The notes under the pieces were generated by a model that was not told where the DNA came from, did not search any database, and saw only the letters and a program-made list of their open reading frames with translations. Positions 9,137 to 19,891 of a stretch of 64,000 bases of DNA are shown here, in pieces. Each line of letters begins with the position of its first letter. Positions within the stretch are counted from its first letter, which is position 1. The translations under genes were made by a program, and so were the position numbers. Source of the DNA: Anaerolineae bacterium (GTDB taxonomy: Bacteria; Chloroflexota; Anaerolineae; S140-20); contig JALUTT010000181.1 of NCBI GenBank assembly GCA_027021705.1, positions 11,784-75,783 of the forward strand, read 5' to 3'.

Positions 9137-10783
9137 ATGAGACGAGTGATCCGTGCGCCCCGAGGGACGCAACTGCACTGCAAGAACTGGCTCCTGGAGG
9201 CTCCCTACCGGATGCTCCAGAACAACCTGGACCCCGACGTGGCCGGCGACCCGGAGAACCTCATCGTCTACGGGGGGCGGGGGAAGGCCGCCCGCAACTG
9301 GGAGGCCTTCGAGGCGATCCTGCGCACCCTGGAGACGATGGAGGTGGACGAGACGCTGTTGGTCCAGAGCGGCAAGCCCGTCGCCGTCTTCCGCACCCAC
9401 GAGGATGCCCCCCGCGTCCTCCTGGCCAACTCCAACCTGGTTCCCAAGTGGGCCACCCAGGAGGTCTTCGACGAGCTGGAGCGCAAAGGGCTCATTATGT
9501 ACGGGCAGATGACGGCCGGCTCCTGGATCTACATCGGCACCCAGGGCATCCTGCAGGGGACCTACGAGACGCTGGGGGCCGCCGCCCGCAAGCACTTCGG
9601 CAGCAGCTTGAAGGGGAAGTGGGTGCTGACGGCCGGCCTGGGCGAGATGGGCGGGGCCCAGCCCCTGGCCATCACGATGAACGAGGGGGTGGGCCTCATC
9701 GTGGAGGTGGACCCCCGCCGGGCCGAGCGCCGGCTGCGAACCCACTACGTGGACGAGATCGTGGACGACCTGGATGAGGCGCTGCGCCGGGTGGAGCGCT
9801 ACCTGGCCCAGGGCGTGGCCCGCTCCATCGGCCTCATCGCCAACGCCGCCGACGTCTACCCGGAGCTGGTGCGGCGGGGCATCACCCCCGACGTGGTGAC
9901 CGACCAGACGCCGGCCCACGACCCGCTGATGTACGTGCCCCGGGGGCTCTCCGTTGAGGAGGCGGAGGCGCTGCGCCGGCGCGACCCCGACGACTACACC
10001 CGGCGGGCGATGGAGAGCATGGCCGTCCACTGCGCGGCGATGGTCGAGTTCCAGAAGCGGGGGGCCGTCGTCTTCGACTACGGCAACAACCTGCGCCAGC
10101 GGGCCTACGACGCCGGCGTCGAGGAAGCCTTCTCCTACCCCGGCTTCGTTCCCGCCTACATCCGCCCGCTCTTCTGCGAGGGCAAGGGGCCCTTCCGCTG
10201 GGTGGCCCTCTCCGGCGACCCCGAGGACATCTACGCCACCGACCAGGCCATCATCGAGATGTTCCCGGAGAACGAGCACCTGGTGCGCTGGATCAAGATG
10301 GCCCAGAAGCGGGTGGCCTGGCAGGGGCTGCCGGCCCGCATCTGCTGGCTGGGCTACGGGGAGCGGGCCGAGGCCGGCCTCCGCTTCAACGAGATGGTCG
10401 CCCGGGGCGACATCAGCGCCCCCATCGTCATCGGGCGCGACCACCTGGACGCCGGCTCCGTCGCCTCGCCCAACCGGGAGACGGAGGGGATGTTGGACGG
10501 CTCCGACGCCATCGCCGACTGGCCGCTGCTCAACGCCCTGCTCAACGCCGTCGGCGGGGCCACCTGGGTCAGCATCCACCACGGCGGCGGCGTCGGCATC
10601 GGCTACTCCATCCACGCCGGCCAGGTCATCGTCGCCGACGGGACGCCGGAGGCCGCCCCCCGGCTGGAGCGGGTGCTGACCACCGACCCCGGCCTGGGCG
10701 TCGTCCGCCACGCCGACGCCGGCTACCCCGAGGCCATCGCCTTCGCCAAGAAGCACGGCATCAAGATGCCGATGTTGGAGTGA
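9137..10783 (+). CDS. hutU: Urocanate hydratase
   Basis: [56 protein letters not shown]. Confidence 0.98.
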   Translation: MRRVIRAPRGTQLHCKNWLLEAPYRMLQNNLDPDVAGDPENLIVYGGRGKAARNWEAFEAILRTLETMEVDETLLVQSGKPVAVFRTHEDAPRVLLANSNLVPKWATQEVFDELERKGLIMYGQMTAGSWIYIGTQGILQGTYETLGAAARKHFGSSLKGKWVLTAGLGEMGGAQPLAITMNEGVGLIVEVDPRRAERRLRTHYVDEIVDDLDEALRRVERYLAQGVARSIGLIANAADVYPELVRRGITPDVVTDQTPAHDPLMYVPRGLSVEEAEALRRRDPDDYTRRAMESMAVHCAAMVEFQKRGAVVFDYGNNLRQRAYDAGVEEAFSYPGFVPAYIRPLFCEGKGPFRWVALSGDPEDIYATDQAIIEMFPENEHLVRWIKMAQKRVAWQGLPARICWLGYGERAEAGLRFNEMVARGDISAPIVIGRDHLDAGSVASPNRETEGMLDGSDAIADWPLLNALLNAVGGATWVSIHHGGGVGIGYSIHAGQVIVADGTPEAAPRLERVLTTDPGLGVVRHADAGYPEAIAFAKKHGIKMPMLE

Positions 10784-10785
10784 CT

Positions 10786-11786
10786 TAGTACAGCTTTGCG
10801 TAAATGTGTTCCTGGTTTTGACTAGCCGGCCAAATGGGGTATACTTGGGCCAGGAGGTGAACGATGCCAGGACCTCAGCCCAAGTACCCCATCCAATTGA
10901 CGCCGGAGGAGGAGAAGGAACTCCGCCAATTGGTCAACTCTCCCAAAGCGCCCCAGGGTCTGGTGATGAGAGCCCGCATCATCCTGGCGGCGCACGATCA
11001 TCCCGGCTGGAGCAACCGGCAGATTGCCCGAGAAGCGGGCTGTACCGACCGGACGGTCCGGAAGTGGCGGCGGCGATGGGTGGAACGGCGCAGCATCGAA
11101 GATCTGCCCAGGCCGGGGGCTCCCCGGCGTTTTCCCCCCTGAGGTGCGGGCCCAGGCCACGGCGCTGGCTTGTAGTATGCCCCAGGAGGAGGGGGTGCCC
11201 CTGGGGCGGTGGAGCTACGCCGAGATCGCCCGTCGGCTCGTTGCCTTGGGGTTGGTCGTTTCCATTGCCGTCAGCACCATCGCCCGCTGGCTGGCCGCCG
11301 AGAAGCTGAAGCCGTGGCGCTACCACACCTGGCAGCACATCTTGGACCCCCGGGCCTTCTTGGAGCGGGCTCGCCCCATCCTGAACCTCTACCGGAAGGC
11401 TCAGGCCCTGTGGGAAGAAGGCGTATGGGTGGTCTGTGTGGATGAGAAGACTTCCCTTCAAGCTCGCCAACGGAAGCCTCCTCCCGAGCCGGCCATTCCG
11501 GGGCAACCGGTGCATATCCCCTCCCGTTACCGGCGCCGTGGGGCCTGGCAACGGTTCGCCGGATTGAGCGTGGTGGATGGGATGGTCTTTGGGCAATGTT
11601 GGGAGCGAAAGCGCTTCGTGGACTTCCAAGCTTTCCTGCTGGAGACGCTCTTCCCGGAGGCCTTGAAGCGGGGGGGTCGCACCCTGGTGCTGATCTTGGA
11701 CAACAGCACCACCCACGCCCCCAAGCAGTGGGAAGGATGGCTGCAGGAACAACTCGATAGGAACGAACTTGTGCAAAGCTGTACTA
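10786..11786. mobile_element. IS630-family element, internally deleted
   Basis: Perfect 16-bp inverted ends CTTAGTACAGCTTTGC (10784-10799) / GCAAAGCTGTACTAAG (11773-11788), including the TA target dinucleotides; encodes HTH and DDE ORFs. Confidence 0.9.
10864..11142 (+). CDS. IS630 transposase OrfA (HTH)
   Basis: RARIILAA...[19 protein letters not shown]...[19 protein letters not shown]. Confidence 0.88.
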   Translation: MPGPQPKYPIQLTPEEEKELRQLVNSPKAPQGLVMRARIILAAHDHPGWSNRQIAREAGCTDRTVRKWRRRWVERRSIEDLPRPGAPRRFPP

Positions 11787-11794
11787 AGGACTGA
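11132..11794 (+). pseudogene. IS630 transposase OrfB (DDE domain, C-terminally truncated), +1 frame relative to OrfA
   Basis: VCVDEKT and LILDNSTTH are present; the WLNxIE third-residue motif is absent; the ORF reads through the right inverted repeat. Confidence 0.75.
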
Positions 11795-11814
11795 AAACCA
11801 CAGGAGCGTTTGCT

Positions 11815-13395
11815 ATGTCCACCAAGAATCCTTTCAAGCTGACCTACGCGACAATGTTCAGCCCGCCTGAGGAACTGCACACCCGCTACGAAGCCGCCCT
11901 GGCCGATGTCCGGGCCCGGCTGGGCCAGGAGCACGGCATGCTCATCGCCGGCCAGGACCGCTTCGCCGAGGAGAAGTTCGAGGACCGCTCCCCCATAGAC
12001 ACCAGCCTGGTGCTGGGCCTCTTCCAGAAGGGCACCCGCAAGGACGTGGAAGACGCCCTGGCCGCTGCCCGCCGGGCCTTCCCCCACTGGAGCCGGATGA
12101 AGTGGCAGGACCGCGTGGCCCTGATCCGCAAGGCGGCCGATCTCCTCGACGAGCGGATCTTTGAGATCGGGGCCGTCCTCTCGCTAGAGGTGGGCAAGAA
12201 CCGGATGGAAGCGCTGGCCGACATCGCCGAGGCCATCGAATTGATGCGCTACGCCTGCCACCAGATGGAGAAGAACCACGGCTTCATCGTGGAGATGGGC
12301 CGCGATCCGCTGGTAGGCTACCGGGCGACCAACGTCTCCGTGCTGCGCCCCTACGGTGTCTGGGTGGTGATCAGCCCCTTCAACTTCCCCGCCGCGCTGA
12401 CGGGAGGGCCGGTGGGGGCCGCGTTGGTGGCGGGCAACACGGTGGTGATGAAGCCGGCTACCGACACCCCTTGGACCGCGCGGCTGCTGGCCGAGGCCTT
12501 CCGAGACGCCGGCTTCCCCGACGGGGTCGTCAACTACGTCACCGGCCCCGGCAGCAGCGTGGGCCAGGCCCTGATCGAGAGCCCGGAGGTGGACGGCATC
12601 ACCTTCACCGGCTCCTACGACGTGGGGATGCAGATCTACCGCACCTTCGCCCAGGGGGTCTATCCCCGCCCTATCATCCTGGAGATGGGGGGCAAGAATC
12701 CGGCCATCGTCTCCCGCAACGCCGACCTGGAGCGGGCCGCCCTGGGCATCGTCCGCTCCGCCTTCGGCCTGCAGGGCCAGAAGTGCTCGGCCTGCTCGCG
12801 GGTCTACATCGAAGCGCCCGTCTACGACGCGCTGGTGGAGCGGATCGTCACGCTGACCAACAAGCTGACCATCGGCGATCCCACCCGGCGTGAGGTCTTT
12901 ATGGGGCCGGTGATCAACCGGCGGGCCTACCAGGACTTCCGGGCCTACACCGAGGAGCTTTCCCAGGCCGGCACCTTCCTCACCGGTGGCCGGGTGCTCA
13001 CCGAGGGCGAGTACGCCAAGGGCTACTTCTGCACGCCCACGGTGGTGGCCGACGTGCCTGTGGACCATCGGTTGTGGAAGCATGAGATGTTCCTCCCCAT
13101 CACGATGGTGCACAAGGTGAACGACCTGGAAGAGGCGATGACGCTGGCCAACGATGTGATCTATGGCCTGACGGCCGGCTTCTACGGCTCCAAGGAGGAA
13201 GCCGCCTGGTTCTTCGAGAGGATCGAGGCCGGCGTCACCTACGTCAACCGACCCCAGGGGGCGACAACGGGGGCCTGGCCGGGTTACCAGCCTTTCGGCG
13301 GCTGGAAGGCCTCGGGGGCCACCGGGAAGAACGCCGGCGGCCACTACTACCTGCCCCTCTACCTGCGGGAGCAGGTGCAGACGATCATCGAATAG
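11815..13395 (+). CDS. Aldehyde dehydrogenase, 1-pyrroline-5-carboxylate dehydrogenase (RocA)-like
   Basis: ISPFNFP, FTGS, EMGGKN, GQKCSACSR, QPFGGWKASG. Confidence 0.85.
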   Translation: MSTKNPFKLTYATMFSPPEELHTRYEAALADVRARLGQEHGMLIAGQDRFAEEKFEDRSPIDTSLVLGLFQKGTRKDVEDALAAARRAFPHWSRMKWQDRVALIRKAADLLDERIFEIGAVLSLEVGKNRMEALADIAEAIELMRYACHQMEKNHGFIVEMGRDPLVGYRATNVSVLRPYGVWVVISPFNFPAALTGGPVGAALVAGNTVVMKPATDTPWTARLLAEAFRDAGFPDGVVNYVTGPGSSVGQALIESPEVDGITFTGSYDVGMQIYRTFAQGVYPRPIILEMGGKNPAIVSRNADLERAALGIVRSAFGLQGQKCSACSRVYIEAPVYDALVERIVTLTNKLTIGDPTRREVFMGPVINRRAYQDFRAYTEELSQAGTFLTGGRVLTEGEYAKGYFCTPTVVADVPVDHRLWKHEMFLPITMVHKVNDLEEAMTLANDVIYGLTAGFYGSKEEAAWFFERIEAGVTYVNRPQGATTGAWPGYQPFGGWKASGATGKNAGGHYYLPLYLREQVQTIIE

Positions 13396-13482
13396 GGAGC
13401 GCCGGAGAAAAACGCGAACCGACTCCCCCCGTAGGTGGGGCGAGCGTTGGGCACCGGTGAGCGGATGGGGGATCCTCAGGGG

Positions 13483-14757
13483 ATGAACGAGGACCTACTA
13501 CGTCGGTTGCGCCAACTGGGCGTCGTCAAGGGGACGGGCCGGCTGAAGCCTCCGCCGCCACCATCCCGACCTGTCCCCCAAGCCGAACTGCCCGGGGAAA
13601 CGGTCGAGACCCCCTACGGCCCCTGCCACGTGGTCGAGACCCGCTATCCAGGGGATCACCGCCACGGCCCCACCCCTCTCCGGAGCCTGCTCGACTGCCC
13701 ATCGGCCACGCTGGCCCACCTGGCCGACTTGCCGGACCTGGCGGAGGTGGACCTGAGCCGGCTCCTCTTCCTGGACACGGAGACGACGGGGCTCGCCGGC
13801 GGAACGGGCACCATCCCCTTCCTCGTCGGCCTCGGGCGCTTCGAAGGCGGCCAGTTCGTCCTGCGCCAGTACTTCCTGCGCGACCCCGATCAGGAGCGGG
13901 CGATGCTCCACCTGCTGTCCCACCAGATGGAACAGGCCCAGGCTCTGGTCAGCTTCAACGGGCGGGGCTTTGACCTGCCGATCCTGGAGACCCGCTTCCT
14001 CCTGGCCCGCCGGCCCGCCCCCTTCCTCCAACGGCCTCACCTGGACCTCCTCCCCTTGGCCCGGCGGCTCTGGCGCATCCGGCTTCCCTCCCGCGCCCTC
14101 ACCGCCCTGGAGCAGGATGTGCTGGGGGTTCGCCGGGAGCAGGCGGACGTCCCCGGCTACCTCATCCCTTTCCTCTATCGGGATTACCTGCGCAGTGGCA
14201 ACGTCGCCCCCATCCGGCGCATCCTCTACCACAACGTTGTGGACATCCTCTCGATGGTCACGCTGACGGAGACGCTGAGCCGCTTCTGGGCCGATCCCGA
14301 GGCGGCGGGATTGGCCCCGACCGATCGGTACAGCTTGGGACGCTGGTACGAAGCCCGGGGGGAGGTGGAGGCCGCCGAGCGAGCCTACCGGGCCGCCCTG
14401 ACGAGGGAACTGCCCGCCCCGATCCGGCGGGCCGTCCTGCGCCACCTGAGCTTCCTGCTCAAGCGGCAGGATCGGCGCTCCGAGGCAGTTCCTCTCTGGA
14501 CCCAACTGGCGGAACTGGGCGAGGCCGAGGAAGAGGGGGAAGGGGATGCCGTCCTGGCCTGCGTTGAGCTGGCCAAGTACTACGAATGGCACGCCCACGA
14601 CATCGGGGCGGCCATCACCTGGTCCCGGCGAGCCCTAAGGGTGGTGACCGGCTGGCCGCCCGGTCCTCATCGTGAGCGGGTCGAAGGGGAACTGCGCCAC
14701 CGGCTGGGACGGCTGGAGAGGAAGGCGGGGGAAAGGCTAATGGTGCAGGATCTGTGA
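13483..14757 (+). CDS. RNase H-like (DEDD) exonuclease with TPR-like C-terminus, YprB/MrfB-like
   Basis: [46 protein letters not shown]. Confidence 0.85.
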   Translation: MNEDLLRRLRQLGVVKGTGRLKPPPPPSRPVPQAELPGETVETPYGPCHVVETRYPGDHRHGPTPLRSLLDCPSATLAHLADLPDLAEVDLSRLLFLDTETTGLAGGTGTIPFLVGLGRFEGGQFVLRQYFLRDPDQERAMLHLLSHQMEQAQALVSFNGRGFDLPILETRFLLARRPAPFLQRPHLDLLPLARRLWRIRLPSRALTALEQDVLGVRREQADVPGYLIPFLYRDYLRSGNVAPIRRILYHNVVDILSMVTLTETLSRFWADPEAAGLAPTDRYSLGRWYEARGEVEAAERAYRAALTRELPAPIRRAVLRHLSFLLKRQDRRSEAVPLWTQLAELGEAEEEGEGDAVLACVELAKYYEWHAHDIGAAITWSRRALRVVTGWPPGPHRERVEGELRHRLGRLERKAGERLMVQDL

Positions 14758-15513
14758 CAGGAAGAGCTTGGTCCGATCGTGCTTGGGGTTCTCGAAGATC
14801 TCCTCCGGCGTCCCTTCCTCCACGATGGTCCCCTGATCGAAGAAGATCATCCGGTCGGCCACCTCACGGGCGAACCCCATCTCGTGGGTGACCACCAGCA
14901 TCGTCATCCCTGACTGGGCCAACTCCCGCATCACGTCCAGCACCTCCTTGATCATCTCCGGGTCCAGGGCGGAAGTAGGCTCGTCGAAGAGCATGATCTT
15001 CGGCTGCATCGCCAGGGCTCGGGCGATGGCCACCCGCTGCTGCTGGCCGCCGGAGAGCTGGGCCGGATACTTGTGGGCTTGATCCTCCAGCCCTACCCGC
15101 TCCAGCAGCTCCATTGCCACCTCCTCGGCCTTCGCCCGAGGCCACTTCCGCACCCAGATGGGAGCCAGCGTGATGTTCTGGAGCGCCGTCAGGTGGGGAA
15201 AGAGGTTGAAGGACTGGAAGACCATCCCCACCTCGCGCCGGATCGCCTCGATGTTGCGCAGGTCGTTGGTCAACTCGATGCCGTCCACGATGATCCGGCC
15301 CTTCTGGTGCTCCTCCAGCCGGTTGATGGTGCGGATGAAGGTGGACTTGCCCGATCCTGAGGGACCGAAGATGACCACCTTCTCCCCCCGCCGGACGGCG
15401 GTGGTGATGCCCCGCAGGACGTGGAAATCTCCAAACCACTTGTGCACGTCTTGGCAGATGATGATGTAGTCGTCCGCCATCTCCTGGGCGGACGTGACGG
15501 GCTCTTTGGCCAT
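14737..15513 (-). CDS. Polar amino acid ABC ATP-binding protein (AapP-like)
   Basis: [42 protein letters not shown] before ATG 15513. Confidence 0.95.
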   Translation of the reverse strand: MAKEPVTSAQEMADDYIIICQDVHKWFGDFHVLRGITTAVRRGEKVVIFGPSGSGKSTFIRTINRLEEHQKGRIIVDGIELTNDLRNIEAIRREVGMVFQSFNLFPHLTALQNITLAPIWVRKWPRAKAEEVAMELLERVGLEDQAHKYPAQLSGGQQQRVAIARALAMQPKIMLFDEPTSALDPEMIKEVLDVMRELAQSGMTMLVVTHEMGFAREVADRMIFFDQGTIVEEGTPEEIFENPKHDRTKLFLSQILHH

Positions 15514-15555
15514 CAATCCCTCCTCCTGCAAACCCCGATAGACGAATCCCAGAGG

Positions 15556-15651
15556 CCCTCCCGCAGGTTCCCCCTACGGCTGAAGCGTGTCATAGGCGGT
15601 CTCCGATATAAGCCATGGCTCCCGCCGGGCACTGCGTGACCTGCGGGAGGG
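15556..15651. repeat. 95-bp palindromic element, copy 2
   Basis: CCCTCCCGCAGGT...ACCTGCGGGAGGG. Confidence 0.8.
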
Positions 15652-15658
15652 TGGGTCC

Positions 15659-16828
15659 CTACCGCTCGCCGACGCCCAGGGCCACTTCCAGCCGTCGGCT
15701 GGCGTAGGACATCGCGTAGCTGAAGACGAAGTAGACGAGGGCGAGGAAGACGTAGACCTCCCGCTGGAGGCCCAGGAAGTCCGGGTTGGCCAGCACGCTC
15801 TTGCCGATCAAGACCAGATCCAGCAGGCCGATGATGGAGACCAGCGAGGTGTCCTTGAAGAGGCTGATGAACTGGCCGACGATGGCGGGGATGACGTTGC
15901 GCAAGGCCTGGGGGAGGACGATCAGCAGCAAGGTCTGGAAGCCGTTGAGCCCCAGCGCCTTGGCCGCCTCGATCTGCCCTTCGGGGATCGCCTGCAGGCC
16001 GCCCCGCACGTTCTCGGCCGTGTAGGCGGCGGAGAAGAGGGTGATGCTGACCATCGCCCGCACCACCTGGTCCACCCGCACATCCTCGGGCAAGAAGAGG
16101 GGAAGCATCAGGCTTCCCATGAAGAGCACCGTCACCAGCGGGACCCCTCGCACGACCTCGATGAAGGCGATGCTGAAGAGCCGGATGGCCGGCAGGGCAC
16201 TCCGCCGCCCCAAAGCCAGCAGGACGCCGACGGGGAAGGAAGCACCGATGCCCACAATGGTCAGGATGAAGGTCAGTAACAGCCCTCCCCAGCGCTGGGT
16301 GCTGATGGGGGGCAACACCCCTCCTATCCCGGCCACGATCAGGAGGATGAGGGGAAAGGAGGCGACCCAGCCGATTACGCCCCAGCGGGGGGAGACCCGC
16401 TGGCCGATTCCGTAGCCGGCGGCCAGGACAACCAGGTTGCCCAGCAGCCAGAGGCGCACCGGCAGGGGAAAGGGGAGCAAGGCCAGCACGGCGAAGGCAG
16501 CGGCCAGGGCGACGGCGAACTGGCGCATCGCGCCGCCCCACAGCCCCCAACTGAGGCCCATCAGCAGGGAGACAATCACCACGCACAACGCCGGCCGCCA
16601 GACCTGATCCGGTGGGTAGGGACCGACCATAAAGAGCCGCAAGTTGGCGGTGATCACCCGCCAGTCGGCCTCGGTCAGCGCCCAGCGCAACGTGCCGCCC
16701 AGGACCACGTAGAGAATCCACAAGCTCAAGAAGGTGAGCAGCGCGTTGTACCAGGTGCTGAAGAGATTCTTGCGCAACCAACCGATCGGCCCCAGCGAGA
16801 TACGAGGAGGACCCGCGTACTCAGCCAT
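15659..16828 (-). CDS. Amino acid ABC permease (AapM-like)
   Basis: WLRKNLFSTWYN, RGVPLVTVL, AENVRGGLQAIP, FKDTSL. Confidence 0.93.
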   Translation of the reverse strand: MAEYAGPPRISLGPIGWLRKNLFSTWYNALLTFLSLWILYVVLGGTLRWALTEADWRVITANLRLFMVGPYPPDQVWRPALCVVIVSLLMGLSWGLWGGAMRQFAVALAAAFAVLALLPFPLPVRLWLLGNLVVLAAGYGIGQRVSPRWGVIGWVASFPLILLIVAGIGGVLPPISTQRWGGLLLTFILTIVGIGASFPVGVLLALGRRSALPAIRLFSIAFIEVVRGVPLVTVLFMGSLMLPLFLPEDVRVDQVVRAMVSITLFSAAYTAENVRGGLQAIPEGQIEAAKALGLNGFQTLLLIVLPQALRNVIPAIVGQFISLFKDTSLVSIIGLLDLVLIGKSVLANPDFLGLQREVYVFLALVYFVFSYAMSYASRRLEVALGVGER

Positions 16829-18028
16829 CTATCGCTCCACAAAGGCAATGCGACGGTTGTAGAGGTTCATCAGAATCGCCGTGGTCAGGCTCATCGCCAG
16901 GTAAGTCCCCATGATCAGCACGATGATGGGGACCGGCCTTCCGGGCTGGTGGTTGTAGATCACCCCACCGATGAAGTAGAGATCCGGGTAGGCGACGGCC
17001 ACCGCCAGGCTGGAATTCTTGGCCAGGTTCAGGTATTGACTGGTGAGGGGCGGAATGATGACCCGCAGGGCCTGGGGGAAGATGATGAGGCGCAGGGCCT
17101 GCATGTTGGAGAAACCCAGGGCGCGGGCAGCTTCCACCTGCCCCTTGCGCACCGAGAGGATGCCGGCCCGTACCACCTCGGCGATGAAGGCCCCCGTGTA
17201 GACGACCAGTCCGATCAACAGAGCGCTGAACTCCGGCGAGAGGTTGGAGCCTCCCTTGAAGTTGAACCGTTGCAGCACCGGCGTCTCTACGGTGAAGGGC
17301 CGTCCCCCGGACAGGAGGACCCCCAACCCGAAGAGGACGACGAAGAGGCCGAAGCCCACCAGGCCGGGGTGGCGTTCTCGGCCCGTCTCTAACTGTTGGA
17401 CGAGCAGGATGCGGTAGACGACCAGCCCGATCACCAGGCCGGCGGCGAAACCGATGGCCCACAGACGAAAAGCGGGGGTGGGGTGCAGGGCAGGGATCGT
17501 GATGCCCCGCTGATGGAGGTAGATGGGGCCGGGCAACTGAATGCTCTCCCGGACCGGCGGGAACTTCTGGATGACGGCGAAGTACCAGAAGAAGAGCTGC
17601 ACCAGCAGCGGCGTGTTGCGGAAAATCTCGATATAGGCAGCGGCAATCTTGTTGACCAGCCAGTTGGTGGAGAGGCGGGCAACCCCAGCGATGATGCCCA
17701 GGAGCGTGGCGAGGATGACGCCCAGGAGGGAGACCCGTAGCGTGTTCAACACGCCCACCAGGAAGGCTTTGCCGTAGGACTCTGAGGGGTCATAGGGGAT
17801 GACGCTTTCCTTGATGGCAAAGCCGGCCTCCAGTTTCAGGAAATCGAAACTGGTGGACATCCCCCGACGGGCCATCGCCTGGGTCAGGTTGGCGTAGAGC
17901 AGGCCAACGATAATGACCACGGTCAGAACGAAGGCCACCTGGGCCAAGACCCGCAGCACCCGCACATCGCGCCAGAAGGGGATGCGTTGGGGCTGGGCGA
18001 TGGGGATGGTCCCAATGGATCGTTCCAT
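16829..18028 (-). CDS. Amino acid ABC permease (AapQ-like)
   Basis: FRNTPLLVQLFFWY, AFIAEVVRAGI, KNSSLAVAV. Confidence 0.93.
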   Translation of the reverse strand: MERSIGTIPIAQPQRIPFWRDVRVLRVLAQVAFVLTVVIIVGLLYANLTQAMARRGMSTSFDFLKLEAGFAIKESVIPYDPSESYGKAFLVGVLNTLRVSLLGVILATLLGIIAGVARLSTNWLVNKIAAAYIEIFRNTPLLVQLFFWYFAVIQKFPPVRESIQLPGPIYLHQRGITIPALHPTPAFRLWAIGFAAGLVIGLVVYRILLVQQLETGRERHPGLVGFGLFVVLFGLGVLLSGGRPFTVETPVLQRFNFKGGSNLSPEFSALLIGLVVYTGAFIAEVVRAGILSVRKGQVEAARALGFSNMQALRLIIFPQALRVIIPPLTSQYLNLAKNSSLAVAVAYPDLYFIGGVIYNHQPGRPVPIIVLIMGTYLAMSLTTAILMNLYNRRIAFVER

Positions 18029-18084
18029 AAAGCTCCCTCGCGTTGTCGTGGCGAATCGGAAGCTCCGACAGGGCATATGCCCGG

Positions 18085-18125
18085 TCTGGGGGGTGCCTTC
18101 CGGCAACCCGGAAGACACCCCCAGA
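18085..18125. other. Intercistronic stem-loop after the SBP gene (mRNA stabiliser or partial terminator)
   Basis: Long GC-rich inverted repeat closing on CTTCCGG-CAAC-CCGGAAG. Confidence 0.55.
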
Positions 18126-18155
18126 AGTTACGACCCTATAGCCCCCTCCAGGGCT

Positions 18156-19286
18156 TTACCGGAAGGGTGGCGAGTAGAGCAGGCCCCCTTCGGTCCAGAG
18201 GGTGTTGACCCCCCGGCCCAACCCCAGCGGGGTCAGGTTGCGATCGAAGATCTCCGCGTAGTTGCCGACGTGGCGGATGACGCGGACGGCGAAGTCGTTG
18301 CTCAGACCAAGCTGCTGGCCCAGATCGCCCTCCAGGCCCAGGAAGCGGCGGATCTCCGGCTTATCGCTGTCCATAAACTGGTCAATGTTCTGGGAGGTGA
18401 TGCCGAACTCCTCGGCCTGGATGGTGGCGAAGACGACCCACTTGACCACGTCGAACCACTGATCATCGCCGTGGGGAACCACGGGCCCCAGAGGCTCCTT
18501 GGACATCACCACATCGAGGATGACGTGGTCGTCGGGGTTCTTGAAGACGGTGCGGCGAGCAGCCAACTGGGAGCGGTCGCTGGTCACGGCGTCGCACCGG
18601 CCTTCCTCGTAGGCGGCATAAGTGGAGTCAATGTCCTCGAAGACCACCGGCGTGAAGTCCACCCCCAACTCGCGCATCTTGTCGGTCAGGTTGAGCTCGG
18701 TGGTGGTGCCGGTCTGAACGCAGATGGAAGCACCCTCCAGGTCCTCCAGCTTGGTCACCCCCAGGTCCTTGCGGACCATCATGCCCTGGCCATCGTAGAA
18801 GATGGTGGGGGCGAAGTTACCCCAACTGGCGTCACGGCTGCTGGTCCAAGTGGTGTTGCGGATGAGAACGTCAATCTCGCCGCTCTGCAGGGCGGTAGAG
18901 CGCTCCTTGGCGGAGAGGGGGCGGAACTCCACAGCGTTGGGGTCGTTGAAGAGGGCGGCAGCGACGGCGCGACAGTAGTCGGCGTCGAAGCCGGTAAACT
19001 GACCGGTCGCCTCATCAAGGAAGCTGAAGCCCGGCAGCCCGCCGTTGACGCCGCAGATGAGCTTACCCCGATCCAAGATCGTCTGCAGGCGCGTGCCGGT
19101 CGGCGCGGCAGCGGCCGGGACCTCCCGCGTCACCTCGACGACGACCGTCTCGACCACCTTCTCCCCCTCGGCGGGGACGAGACGGGTGACCTCGACGGTC
19201 TTCTCGATCGTCTTCGTGCCACAGGCGGACAGCAGAAGGGCAGCGACGATAAGAAAAGCGGTGAGCGTCCAGAGCTTGCGGTTCAC
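18156..19286 (-). CDS. Amino acid ABC substrate-binding lipoprotein (AapJ-like)
   Basis: LSAC lipobox; RNTTWTSSRD, FYDGQG, SKEPLGP, GNYAEIFDRN, YSPPFR; GTG start with GGAGGA RBS. Confidence 0.93.
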   Translation of the reverse strand: MNRKLWTLTAFLIVAALLLSACGTKTIEKTVEVTRLVPAEGEKVVETVVVEVTREVPAAAAPTGTRLQTILDRGKLICGVNGGLPGFSFLDEATGQFTGFDADYCRAVAAALFNDPNAVEFRPLSAKERSTALQSGEIDVLIRNTTWTSSRDASWGNFAPTIFYDGQGMMVRKDLGVTKLEDLEGASICVQTGTTTELNLTDKMRELGVDFTPVVFEDIDSTYAAYEEGRCDAVTSDRSQLAARRTVFKNPDDHVILDVVMSKEPLGPVVPHGDDQWFDVVKWVVFATIQAEEFGITSQNIDQFMDSDKPEIRRFLGLEGDLGQQLGLSNDFAVRVIRHVGNYAEIFDRNLTPLGLGRGVNTLWTEGGLLYSPPFR

Positions 19287-19587
19287 TTTTTCTCCTCCTT
19301 CGTGTTCAGATGGGGTAAAAACGACCGTTGCAATTTGCAATCCGCAATTCGCATTCGCAACTTGCAGTTTGTAGGGCCTCACCTCCTTCCACAGTAAAGT
19401 AAAAAACGTTTCTCCCGTAGAGGGTACAACGGGCTGGGAACGAAACGACCATGAGGAAACCCCCAACCTGGCGTGGCCTGGAGGGGATAGAAACACCGGG
19501 CGGGGGCAGACCGGCAGGATAGCTTGTCGGTTGACCGTCGTATGAGCACAACGTAAACTGGAATTGGGCTGCGTAGAGGTCTACATC

Positions 19588-19616
19588 ATTATACACGATT
19601 GGGACGAAACACGCAA
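19588..19616 (-). promoter_or_regulatory. Sigma70-like promoter of the aap operon
   Basis: TTGCGT-17 bp-TATAAT on the minus strand. Confidence 0.55.
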
Positions 19617-19628
19617 CATCTATTTTTG

Positions 19629-19783
19629 CGGTGATTACCCATATCTTTGGAGATAGGGAGACGAGCCGTCCACGAATGGGGCACGAATACACGAATTAAG
19701 GGCCGCCTCATTCGTGCATTGGTGAGAAATTCGTGGACGGCCTGCTACGGACCACTCTCTCGCTCCCTTGTGGGTAATCACCG
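19629..19783. mobile_element. 155-bp MITE-like element, copy 2
   Basis: Same TIRs and length as copy 1; flanked by CTATTTTTGC at 19620-19629 and 19785-19794. Confidence 0.8.
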
Positions 19784-19891
19784 GCTATTTTTGCATCAAC
19801 CCGCCTCTTTGGTCTTTCGCGTCCCGTGTGTTATCATCCCTGCAAGGCGGAAGGGCGAAGCAAAGGCGAGCGGAGGCAGGAGGAAGCTCTT

